Shown here piece by piece: positions 37,601 through 49,560 of a stretch of 59,619 bases of DNA. The stretch comes from Hydrurus foetidus (lineage: Eukaryota). Both the position numbers and the translations under genes were made by a program. Within the stretch, counting starts at the first letter, position 1; each line of letters starts with the position of its first letter. The notes below the pieces were generated by a model. That model did not search any database and was not told the origin of the DNA. It saw nothing but the letters and a program-made list of their open reading frames with translations. Location: contig UYFQ01000369.1 in NCBI GenBank assembly GCA_900617105.1, positions 1 to 59,619 of the forward strand, read 5' to 3'.

Positions 37601-40600
37601 CTTCCCTTCCATTACCAACACAACACAACACAAACAAAACAAAACAAAACCACACACATACTCACTATTCTACCCTACCTGCCAACTACATCAAATGAGT
37701 TACTGTTTACTCATTTCACATTACAATATCAATTACGCAATCAAGCAATGCAACTTGCAATCATCGATTAATTGACAATGTCGCGACGATGTGCATGATC
37801 TAGACATCGATGTGGCGGCTAGCTATATTATGGAATATACCTCATTAGTCGAAATGTGTATATACACATCTGGTGTGTACATATGATGCATATTAGGACT
37901 GATACTATTTTGCATCCCTCTTCGTCTCCTCATACTTACCTGTTCGTCGGATGTAGAGGATCAACCAGCTCTATACCGGTACGCGGAGCAAACCATGGCA
38001 TAACTGGTGCTTGTGATGCGTATTGCAGTCCGAAAGGATTCGCAACGGAATAATTTTTGTCATTGGGGTAGCGTTTACGCACCCCTTCCCTTCCCTTCCC
38101 ACCCCAACACAACACAACACAAACAAAACAAAACCACACACATACTCACTATTCTACCCTACCTGCCAACTACATCAAATGAGTTACTGTTTACTCATTT
38201 CACATTACAATATCAATTACGCAATCAAGCAATGCAACTTGCAATCATCGATTAATTGACAATGTCGCGACGATGTGCATGATCTAGACATCGATGTGGC
38301 GGCTAGCTATATTATGGAATATACCTCATTAGTCGAAATGTGTATATACACATCTGGTGTGTACATATGATGCATATTAGGACTGATACTATTTTGCATC
38401 CCTCTTCGTCTCCTCATACTTACCTGTTCGTCGGATGTAGAGGATCAACCAGCTCTATACCGGTACGCGGAGCAAACCATGGCATAACTGGTGCTTGTGA
38501 TGCGTATTGCAGTCCGAAAGGATTCGCAACGGAATAATTTTTGTCATTGGGGTAGCGTTTACGCACCCTTCCCTTCCCTTCCATTACCAACACAACACAA
38601 CACAACACAAAACAAAAAAACCACACACATACTCACTATTCTACCCTACCTGCCAACTACATCAAATGAGTTACTGTTTACTCATTTCACATTACAATAT
38701 CAATTACGCAATCAAGCAATGCAACTTGCAATCATCGATTAATTGACAATGTCGCGACGATGTGCATGATCTAGACATCGATGTGGCGGCTAGCTATATT
38801 ATGGAATATACCTCATTAGTCGAAATGTGTATATACACATCTGGTGTGTACATATGATGCATATTAGGACTGATACTATTTTGCATCCCTCTTCGTCTCC
38901 TCATACTTACCTGTTCGTCGGATGTAGAGGATCAACCAGCTCTATACCGGTACGCGGAGCAAACCATGGCATAACTGGTGCTTGTGATGCGTATTGCAGT
39001 CCGAAAGGATTCGCAACGGAATAATTTTTGTCATTGGGGTAGCGTTTACGCACCCCTTCCCTTCCCTTCCATTACCAACACAACACAACACAAACAAAAC
39101 AAAACCACACACATACTCACTATTCTACCCTACCTGCCAACTACATCAAATGAGTTACTGTTTACTCATTTCACATTACAATATCAATTACGCAATCAAG
39201 CAATGCAACTTGCAATCATCGATTAATTGACAATGTCGCGACGATGTGCATGATCTAGACATCGATGTGGCGGCTAGCTATATTATGGAATATACCTCAT
39301 TAGTCGAAATGTGTATATACACATCTGGTGTGTACATATGATGCATATTAGGACTGATACTATTTTGCATCCCTCTTCGTCTCCTCATACTTACCTGTTC
39401 GTCGGATGTAGAGGATCAACCAGCTCTATACCGGTACGCGGAGCAAACCATGGCATAACTGGTGCTTGTGATGCGTATTGCAGTCCGAAAGGATTCGCAA
39501 CGGAATAATTTTTGTCATTGGGGTAGCGTTTACGCACCCCTTCCCTTACCAACACAACACAACACAAACAAAACAAAACCACACACACTCACTATTCTAC
39601 CCTACCTGCCAACTACATCAAATGAGTTACTGTTTACTCATTTCACATTACAATATCAATTACGCAATCAAGCAATGCAACTTGCAATCATCGATTAATT
39701 GACAATGTCGCGACGATGTGCATGATCTAGACATCGATGTGGCGGCTAGCTATATTATGGAATATACCTCATTAGTCGAAATGTGTATATACACATCTGG
39801 TGTGTACATATGATGCATATTAGGACTGATACTATTTTGCATCCCTCTTCGTCTCCTCATACTTACCTGTTCGTCGGATGTAGAGGATCAACCAGCTCTA
39901 TACCGGTACGCGGAGCAAACCATGGCATAACTGGTGCTTGTGATGCGTATTGCAGTCCGAAAGGATTCGCAACGGAATAATTTTTGTCATTGGGGTAGCG
40001 TTTACGCACCCCTTCCCTTCCCTTACCAACACAACACAACACAAACAAAACAAAATAAAACAAAACAAAACCACACACACTCACTATTCTACCCTATCTG
40101 CCAACTACATCAAATGAGTTACTGTTTACTCATTTCACATTACAATATCAATTACGCAATCAAGCAATGCAACTTGCAATCATCGATTAATTGACAATGT
40201 CGCGACGATGTGCATGATCTAGACATCGATGTGGCGGCTAGCTATATTATGGAATATACCTCATTAGTCGAAATGTGTATATACACATCTGGTGTGTACA
40301 TATGATGCATATTAGGACTGATACTATTTTGCATCCCTCTTCGTCTCCTCATACTTACCTGTTCGTCGGATGTAGAGGATCAACCAGCTCTATACCGGTA
40401 CGCGGAGCAAACCATGGCATAACTGGTGCTTGTGATGCGTATTGCAGTCCGAAAGGATTCGCAACGGAATAATTTTTGTCATTGGGGTAGCGTTTACGCA
40501 CCCCTTCCCTTCCCTTCCCTTACCAACACAACACAACACAAACAAAACAACACACACACTCACTATTCTACCCTACCTGCCAACTACATCAAATGAGTTA

Positions 40601-41823
40601 CTGTTTACTCATTTCACATTACAATATCAATTACGCAATCAAGCAATGCAACTTGCAATCATCGATTAATTGACAATGTCGCGACGATGTGCATGATCTA
40701 GACATCGATGTGGCGGCTAGCTATATTATGGAATATACCTCATTAGTCGAAATGTGTATATACACATCTGGTGTGTACATATGATGCATATTAGGACTGA
40801 TACTATTTTGCATCCCTCTTCGTCTCCTCATACTTACCTGTTCGTCGGATGTAGAGGATCAACCAGCTCTATACCGGTACGCGGAGCAAACCATGGCATA
40901 ACTGGTGCTTGTGATGCGTATTGCAGTCCGAAAGGATTCGCAACGGAATAATTTTTGTCATTGGGGTAGCGTTTACGCACCCCTTCCTTTCCCATCCCAA
41001 CACAACACACAACACAACACAACACAACACAAACAAAACAAAACCAGATCACACACACACTCACTATTCTACCCTACCTGCCAACTACATCAAATGAGTT
41101 ACTGTTTACTCATTTCACATTACAATATCAATTACGCAATCAAGCAATGCAACTTGCAATCATCGATTAATTGACAATGTCGCGACGATGTGCATGATCT
41201 AGACATCGATGTGGCGGCTAGCTATATTATGGAATATACCTCATTAGTCGAAATGTGTATATACACATCTGGTGTGTACATATGATGCATATTAGGACTG
41301 ATACTATTTTGCATCCCTCTTCGTCTCCTCATACTTACCTGTTCGTCGGATGTAGAGGATCAACCAGCTCTATACCGGTACGCGGAGCAAACCATGGCAT
41401 AACTGGTGCTTGTGATGCGTATTGCAGTCCGAAAGGATTCGCAACGGAATAATTTTTGTCATTGGGGTAGCGTTTACGCACCCCTTCCCTTCCCTTCCAT
41501 TACCAACACAACACAACACAACACACACAAACAAAACAAAACCACACACACACTCACTATTCTACCCTACCTGCCAACTACATCAAATGAGTTACTGTTT
41601 ACTCATTTCACATTACAATATCAATTACGCAATCAAGCAATGCAACTTGCAATCATCGATTAATTGACAATGTCGCGACGATGTGCATGATCTAGACATC
41701 GATGTGGCGGCTAGCTGTATTATGGAATATACCTCATTAGTCGAAATGTGTATATACACATCTGGTGTGTACATATGATGCATATTAGGACTGATACTAT
41801 TTTGCATCCCTCTTCGTCTCCTC

Positions 41824-41865
41824 ATACTGACCTGTTCGTCGGATGTAGAGGATCAACCAGCTCTA
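41824..41865 (+). pseudogene. U1: U1 5' fragment (variant ATACTGACCTG) interrupted at +42 by DNA transposon 2
   Basis: U1 stops at ...CAGCTCTA and is followed by the TIR. Confidence 0.9.
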
Positions 41866-42031
41866 TTACAACAGCAGAATAAAATGGCACTTTTTACCGA
41901 AAAAAAAACTCAGATGGACTGATGATGAACTGAGAACTTGGACCTCTTATATTTTGAGAGGTCGCTTCCGAGTTTGATTTCAACTTGACTTTCAGCTTGG
42001 TGATCTATTTCTTCATCCGGAATCCAGATCG

Positions 42032-43081
42032 ATGACACTTCTTCATTCAGAATCCACATCAATGACTCTTTGCCGGAGGTCTTTCTTAAAAAGATTTCTC
42101 GTCGACCACCGTCCCATGCGCTTGGCCTGTCATGAAGCTGATATTGGATATCGCACAGGTCGAAGATGGTTAGCAGAACATCGTTTAAATGGGAAAACGG
42201 CAGCTCTCAGAATTCGAAAGTCAATACCGGGCGTAATGTCACAGCGGGATCAGGATATCTTATTTGTTGTTGTCCACAACCATCCGACATACCAACATAG
42301 CGAGTATGCTGAGGAGTTGTACCGAGAATCAGGGCACGCTTATAGCACCCGTCAAATCAGACAGGTTATGAGTCGCCAAAATTTTGTCTTCAAACTGGCT
42401 AATCAGCAATCGCCCATAGAACGGGATTTAGAATTTCGACGATTTTGGAGGGAGCAAGTAATTTTTCCCGGTGGATTACTTAGGGCTGAACATCTGCTTT
42501 ACGTCGATGAGACGAACAAGAGAAACGGTGACTGTAATCGCAGTCGAGTCCATTGTGTAAGAGGTCAACTATTGCAAATTCCAGTGCGAGCAGGGAACAA
42601 GGGTCTCTCAGCAAGCATTATTGCTAGCATTTCTATCGAAGGCATCCAGAGTTGCAGTGCTGTCGACATAGCGCGCGATGGAAACGTTGATGCTGGCCTT
42701 TTTCTTGAGCTCTTCAAGCGTGATATTCTGGTCTTGTGTCAACCTTGGCCCGGAAAAAGATCTGTTATTATCTTAGACAATGCAGCAGTTCATATGAAAT
42801 ATCTCATAGATGCAGAGTGTGCTGCGCATGGTGTTCATGTGTTTTACTTACCACCTTATTCCTTCGATTATAATCCTATAGAACTAGCTTTTAATATTGC
42901 TAAGATGAAATTAAAACGTGACTACGGTCGTGGCATATTACCACTCAATGCGCGAATATGTGATTTATTTAGAGAGTCTATCAACACATGCATTACACCA
43001 GATGTAGCATGTAATATGTTCGAACACTGTTTTATACCTGTTACAGCCGAGGAACGAGATTGGGCCAATCGTGTAGGGTAG
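42032..43081 (+). CDS. Tc1/IS630-family DD34E transposase
   Basis: LLYVDE...LDNAAVH...LPPYSFDYNPIE; homologous to 9209-10231 along its length. Confidence 0.93.
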   Translation: MTLLHSESTSMTLCRRSFLKRFLVDHRPMRLACHEADIGYRTGRRWLAEHRLNGKTAALRIRKSIPGVMSQRDQDILFVVVHNHPTYQHSEYAEELYRESGHAYSTRQIRQVMSRQNFVFKLANQQSPIERDLEFRRFWREQVIFPGGLLRAEHLLYVDETNKRNGDCNRSRVHCVRGQLLQIPVRAGNKGLSASIIASISIEGIQSCSAVDIARDGNVDAGLFLELFKRDILVLCQPWPGKRSVIILDNAAVHMKYLIDAECAAHGVHVFYLPPYSFDYNPIELAFNIAKMKLKRDYGRGILPLNARICDLFRESINTCITPDVACNMFEHCFIPVTAEERDWANRVG

Positions 43082-43341
43082 CCAAGTCATTTTCTGATTA
43101 CCTTAGATGCTCAGTATAATATATTATCCTTTGTTAAAAAAATTTGTTGCTGAACCTCTTCTTAAAAGTTATCAGCATGGAAGTCGGCCTACAAACAAAA
43201 CGAGATTGTAATGTCGTCTCCCATTACAAGCTACCATTGCTACTACTAAAGGCATGTAGCCGAATAAAAAAAAGGTGGAGGAGGACTAAAAAGTAGCTGA
43301 TTCATCGAGAGTGAAAGAAAAATAGTTAATAAGAAATAACA

Positions 43342-45527
43342 TTATACTTCAATTATCAGAGGAGCAGTACACAGCACTTCAGGAATTCTAAAATAATCCA
43401 TGTTAACTCTGTACATCTGTGGTGAGCCTTCTGACAAGATGTCCGCCGGACCCACTATCTCAGTACAGCATGTAATTTTCTTGTTGATGTCAATCGAGAT
43501 AATTGACATAAAGAGACCAGCATATACTTTGATGTTCTCTGTTGCGATGTCCTTATAAAGCATCCACCTGTGAGTGCCTGGCAGGCAAGGGAATGTGACT
43601 GGCTCGCTGCAGGTTTCATCCAGATTGAACTCCATCGCGAGAGGCGATGTGCCTGGTATTAACAAAGAGCAGTATCCTCTATTGCCACTTTGCATTTGGT
43701 CCAGTACATAGTGATCTGTAACGTCAGCATTTTCGAAAAGCCTCTTAATCGTCTTCATTGGTGGAGTATCGCCAAGGTCCCGAATCGTCGAAGAAGAGTT
43801 GTCGAATAGGTCGTTGCCGCCTAAGTTTTTCTCATGCAATGGTGTTGTCGTTGTTGTCGATGAGAGAGTATCATAAAATGACGCGGCTGATTTGGATGAC
43901 GAGGTTTTCGGAGTAGCTGATTTCCCAGTCTTTTTCAAGAATCCACGTGTAAAAAGATATGTTGGGATTTCTTGATTTCTTTCCAAGTCGGCCAAAGTTG
44001 GGAACAATGCTTCGTAGTTCTCTTTCCAAGAGACGCGAGGAACAGGAGTCCCTCTTTCGTTGGCGCAACTCTCTCGCCTTACAAGGAAGGGATTTTGTCT
44101 GTCGTTACAGAAAGATTTTCCACCATTCTGTGACCCGGAGAAGATGACAGCAAGGCATTCGATATGCTGCTGGCCATTTCTCGCAGCGTCTTTCACAGTG
44201 GAGTACAAAGAATCCTCGGATCCAAGGTCCAGCAGCGTCATAAGAACCGTATGCTTGATATTAGCCAGTAAAGTGCTCATCATAGACTTGATGTCAACCA
44301 TTTCTGTCACTGTTAGCCTAGCGTCGTCTAATCTTTGCGCTGTCGCCTAATTAGATAATAACAATGAATGACAAAGGAAATGAAGTTAATAATTGCTTAA
44401 TTTGTCTCATACTGTGAAAAATGAAATACCTTCATTGATGCAATAGATTTATCTTTCGCAGCGTAAGTACTCACGAGCTGGGAAGTGACGCCAGCGGAAT
44501 TATTCAAGCGCCCCCAAAAGTCAGAACAAGGGAGATCCTTCAGGGGATACCATGAAATCGGGTACGTATACAATGTCAGTTGGGCATAGCTGACACTGGT
44601 AGCCGTCGAAACTGAATTTCCAGCCCTAATGAAATCAAATTTAAAAAAACTTTAAATGTGGTGCATTAGAGTAGAATTTACTGTGTTCGGGTCGAAACTA
44701 ACTTCATGTATTTCGGAATATCTGTGTTGCCCGTGTTAATTAGGGATTGGGAAGTTATGTCTCCCTCATTCGCATCTGAAAGCCGAATATACAGCTGTGA
44801 CTGTAGTTGCAGTGCTGGCAACGGCCGTAAGGTAGGGGTCCCCTGAAGCTAAAATGAACGTAACAGATTTTAGCAAAAGGGCTGATGTTAAATTGTCTTA
44901 GTCATGGCAGTGAAATATTTACCAGTAGTAGCCCAACAGCTGCATAGAATGGTGCCCCATATGATCCGGTTGAAAATCGATTTTTCCCGTACGTTGTTGG
45001 CTGTATCGAGAGAACGCTTGTAGCAGAGCATAATAAACGCACGCTATCATCAGCGTCAAAGAAAGGCCCTGAGAGATTGAACTACACATACGATTACAAA
45101 TTGCATTAGTCCTATGCGGTGAAGTTCACTCGTCCTTAAAAATTTAATTATTCTTCACCTTATAATCTGCGTGGCCGTCACCAACGAGACTATTTTCGGT
45201 GACCTCTCCATCACCCGAAGCAATTTTCTCCATTGTTCGATCAGCCAACTGACCAAAATATTTTACTACTAGGCTGTGTAGCCTCCCAGAAAGGATGGTT
45301 GGACTGGAGTTCGTGGGATTGGTAATATGCGCAACGGCAACCGGAATTTCAATTTCACGTGAGAAACGAGACTTCGTGAATGAGTCGGTTCCACCCTTCA
45401 GAACAATGCTGTGGACAGTAATAATCAGAGGCCCATCGTTAGGAGGTGATGCTACAGCGCGCGGCCTTTTCTTCACGACTGGTGCCTTCGTAGATACTGG
45501 ATTAAGGTCGATGTCCTCTTCTTCCAT
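43342..45527 (-). CDS. Multi-exon accessory protein of transposon 2, unknown function
   Basis: ORF pieces 45144-45527 and 43342-44310 plus small internal exons; NLS-like KKRPR; homologous to 10886-12998. Confidence 0.8.
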
Positions 45528-45667
45528 TTTGGTTCAAGAATGTGTTGTGTTTCACTCCACGAGAAGCCTCATCAACATCTCAGTCAATACTCCGACTTCA
45601 ATGTGTCGTCTCATTCCCACATTCTAGGAACCGGAATTTTTTCATGGCGAAGTGAATAATTTTTTTT

Positions 45668-47650
45668 TCATGCGAGGTCGAACCCGGAACTTCTACATGC
45701 AATTTGATACAGTAATAAAAATCGTGTCTTCAACTCTAACTTCCACGAAGCAGATAATCGCCTTTCATCAGTGCTGCTCTCTTGACGCTGTTCACTAACA
45801 CCCATCGCTATACTGCTTTGTACAGTGCCAACGTCACAGCCAGCAACACCTCCTAGTGCAGAGCCAAGCATAGTGCCTACCTCAGCATCGACTGGTGCAC
45901 CAACGTCACAGCCAGCAACACCTCCTAGTGCAGAGCCAAGCATAGTGCCTACCTCAGCATCGACTGGTGCACCAACGTCACAGCCAGCAACACCTCCTAG
46001 TGCAGAGCCAAGCATAGTGCCTACCTCAGCATCGACTGGTGCACCAACGTCACAGCCAGCAACACCTCCTAGTGCAGAGCCAAGCATAGTGCCTACCTCA
46101 GCATCGACTGGTGCACCAACGTCACAGCCAGCAACACCTCCTAGTGCAGAGCCAAGCATAGTGCCTACCTCAGCATCGACTGGTGCACCAACGTCACAGC
46201 CAGCAACACCTCCTAGTGCAGAGCCAAGCATAGTGCCTACCTCAGCATCGACTGGTGCACCAACGTCACAGCCAGCAACACCTCCTAGTGCAGAGCCAAG
46301 CATAGTGCCTACCTCAGCATCGACTGGTGCACCAACGTCACAGCCAGCAACACCTCCTAGTGCAGAGCCAAGCATAGTGCCTATCTCGGTCATCAATGCC
46401 GCATCGTTGATCTTCTCCTCCGCCACCGGACCCTCCTCCCCTCCAACTCACACACACGTCTCTCAGCTGCTGCATTCGCAGTCATCAATGCCGAGGTAGG
46501 GGAGTAAGATCGAATTCACATAGGCGTAATTTTCATTTTCAGGAGTGTCGCCGCAACGCAACCTCTAGAATAGGCACGACGCGGGCTGTACATCATAAAC
46601 ACTCTACGAGACCAAACGAACTTGCTCCTCAATAGAGGGACTGATTGCCGACTCATCGCATATTTCTTAAATTTTACAGGAAATCTTAATTGGCGTATTG
46701 GCAGTTATCATAGCTGTCCCTAATGAAAATGCAGATCATGATAATGATTAGGATTGGAATGTCGGGTGAAATAATCGAAGCCCATCAATGCTTGAGGATA
46801 CCTGAGTGTAAGGTTAGCTTTGGAATCAATTTATCCTTCGCAAATATTGCGAACCCTTCATCGCATATAGCCACGGTATGCAGGGAAGATGCCAATTGAA
46901 GACCAGAGAAGAATGACGACTGGAGCGGAGATAATTTGTCTTAGATTATGGGTTGAATGAAAAGCGTTATGATAAATGTGATGTTAAAAGAACAGCAGAA
47001 GGCAACCATTTTCTTCCTCCTCAGAGAGAGAATTCCCTTCGTCGATAATGTGTGATGGGCCGTCTGAGAGTTCGCCACTTCAAGATAGACAGCGCTTTTC
47101 AGATGTGATTAACACATTCAAAACCTGAGTGCTCGTTGAATTTCCACTCAGCAGAAATCAATTGATCTCTATGCAATACCTATGGTTACGGTGTCAAGTG
47201 TCCACAGAGAAGAGAGAATAGTGTAAATTCGTGAAGCTAAGAAATCGACGATAAAATAAGCAGGGTCGATTTGCTTTCATACAGTGATTTAACGAAATCT
47301 AATTGAGAGGAAAGCTGAAGCTTTGTCTCAGCACATCAGGCGCAGAAGAGTAGCTCCTCATTCGAGAGACTTCCAATATAGCATAACAAAGAGTCAACAA
47401 TAATCTCGAGGAAAAAATTCTGACTTCAGCTTCAAAATGGAAAGTGGCCAACCTGTCTTGAGCCAACCATCGACATTTGGATGAAGACCCGTGCCAATCC
47501 TGACTTTTTCAGCGCTCTTAATGACCTCAAACGATGTAGAAAGGAAATAGCCAGGATCAGAAAAATCGAATGACGACTGCCTAACGCAAAAAAAGATTTG
47601 GGGAGCTGTCAAGCAGCCGTAAACGCATACCTGGCAAATCAGTCATCCTA
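45668..47650 (-). CDS. Possible spliced or degenerate third gene of transposon 2
   Basis: Short minus-strand ORFs (47394-47612, 45668-46426) with GT/AG-bounded spacers. No recognisable domain, and some stops. Confidence 0.3.
45824..46384. repeat. 72-bp minisatellite, ~7.7 near-perfect copies
   Basis: Unit CCAACGTCACAGCCAGCAACACCTCC... starts at 45828, 45900, 45972 ... 46332; open reading frames on both strands. Confidence 0.95.
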
Positions 47651-47855
47651 GAAAGAGCGCTGGTGGTCCAGGGCTGAGAGGTCGCCGAACTTTTGGACTT
47701 CTGATATGAATTGCAGATAGCGATTGTGAAGAGTTTGGAATCATCACGATTGCTTTGGGAACGTACCACTTTCTGTGCGTTGTACAACGGTTTTCATCAT
47801 CAGTCCATCTGAGTTTTTTCGGTAAAAGGTGCCATTTTATTCTGCTATTGTAATA

Positions 47856-49044
47856 TACAGCGCATTTTGAATTCTTCAATTCACAGCAGTACAAATGCCT
47901 CCCCAGCAAGTTTATTGTTTGGTCACCAAATCAATCTTGATTCGGGCATACTTTCACCATTTCCACAACTAACGGAAGTGGAAACTTCCGCTTCTAAAGT
48001 GATCTGTGAGATGTATAACATTCAAGACGCCCTGATCGCCCAAGCACAAACTGCTTTGCGCACAATGGACGCGGCTCACATTGCCACAACTCCACAGGAT
48101 ATTACAGTTTTCCCTGTAGGTTCATATGTGTTGGCTAGATACACCACACAGCCGCCCACACGCTTACACACGTTGTGGCGGGGACCGTTTCAAGTGGTGT
48201 CGATCCACAACTCTGATTATACGTTGTTAGATATAACTACGAAGAAACATAAACATCTTCATATTAGTAATCTGAAACAATTTGTTTTCAATCCGAAACA
48301 TACGGATCCTGCTGATGTAGCACGCCGCGATTATATGGAATTCTTTATTGATTCCATTCTTCAACACCAAGGCAACTCCAGACGCAAAACCCAAATGCGG
48401 TTTTTAGTCAAATGGGCTGACTTTGATGACTCTTCGTATTAGTAATCTGAAACAATTTGTTTTCAATCCGAAACATACGGATCCTGCTGATGTAGCACGC
48501 CGCGATTATATGGAATTCTTTATTGATTCCATTCTTCAACACCAAGGCAATTCCAGACGCAAAACCCAAATGCGGTTCTTAGTCAAATGGGCTGACTTTG
48601 ATGACATTAGTAATCTGAAACAATTTGTTTTCAATCCGAAACATACGACCTGCTGATGTAGCACGCCGCGATTTGGAATTTTTTCTTGATTCCATTCTTC
48701 ACACCATCCAGACGCAAAACCCAAATGCGGAGTCAAATGGGCTGACTTTGATGACTCACACAACACGTGGGAGTCGAATAACTTGTCTTACAGACGCTCT
48801 TCACACATATTTACGCCTTCACGGCATGTCGAAAATAATTCCGACAGAAAAGTAAGTTCCCCAGGAACGACCTACACATTATCTTTTGAAGATTCCTCCT
48901 CATTTTTACAACGTTACGTTGCTTTTCAGGAGGTTTAGTCAGTAAAAATCTGACATAAATGTGTAGGGGAACAATTAGATACAACACATCTAGGCATTCT
49001 CGTTTCTCACTCTCTCCATCTCTCACATGTATAAATATCTGTAT
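47856..49044 (+). mobile_element. Gypsy B 3' fragment: integrase C-terminus, chromodomain and 3' UTR
   Basis: (V)QRILNSS...LLFG...WRGPF...DVARRDYMEFFIDSIL...FLVKW, homologous to the Gypsy A C-terminus. The chromodomain segment is tandemly triplicated (48262, 48438, 48607). Confidence 0.88.
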
Positions 49045-49560
49045 TGTCGGTATATAACAGCGATAAGTGCTAGTTATAGCTGTATATTACCATTTGTATA
49101 ATCAACAATTAGCATGATAGGATATCATAAGTAAACACATTTTGTAGGTTGTTATTGGTGTGCAATGTGCACCAAGTCGCTTCCTCAATGCCAATTCGTA
49201 TCACGTATATTGCCATTGTTACACCATAATAACCACAGCTGTATAGTATTTATCCGGTACTTGGTACCAAAAGTCTAGCTTTTAGTACAAACGTCATATT
49301 TACAGTTGAGTAGCTACTATCTCGCCTATACAACAACGTAGATGTAAATCTACGAGAGCCAGTCAAATTGCATGCGCATGACGATTGAGATCTTATTATT
49401 GTACGGCAGGTAGAAATGATGTGCAACATGATTTTATGCTTTGTGGCCTCCGTGCCAGTTTCTAATTCTTAAATCGAATTTACTAACCAAACCTTCCCAT
49501 CTTCATTTGGCCATCCACGATATGTCCTCCCGACTTCGTGCCAACCCGTGGCAACTCACA
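49045..49560 (+). repeat. Copia B 5' LTR
   Basis: TG...CA; direct repeat of 56896-57411. Confidence 0.95.

Larger units (their letters stand above)
34496..41865 (+). repeat. U1 snRNA gene tandem array, block C (15 intact genes)
   Basis: U1 starts at 34529, 35018, 35507, 35991, 36475, 36954, 37443, 37932, 38416, 38903, 39387, 39859, 40351, 40830 and 41331. The copy at 41824 is interrupted. Confidence 0.95.
41866..47853 (+). mobile_element. Tc1/IS630-type DNA transposon 2 with cargo genes (5988 bp)
   Basis: ~61-64-bp imperfect TIRs at 41866-41929 and 47793-47853 (TTACAAYAGCAGAATAAAATGGCAC...), TA on both sides, DD34E transposase. Confidence 0.95.

Noticed and set aside
4583..41865. Many 60-90 aa ORFs (MYIHIWCVHMM..., MQSERIRNG..., Cys/Val-rich reverse ORFs)
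   Set aside because: They overlap U1 genes and microsatellites, change frame from unit to unit, and have no protein-like features.
4583..41865. CRISPR array or plain centromeric satellite
   Set aside because: The unit is ~490 bp, the variable part is microsatellite rather than unique spacer, no cas genes are present, and the unit contains a complete U1 fold.
48262..48780. Triple-chromodomain integrase
   Set aside because: The copies are out of frame and near-identical, and the third is garbled. A local duplication in a dead element or an assembly artefact is more likely.
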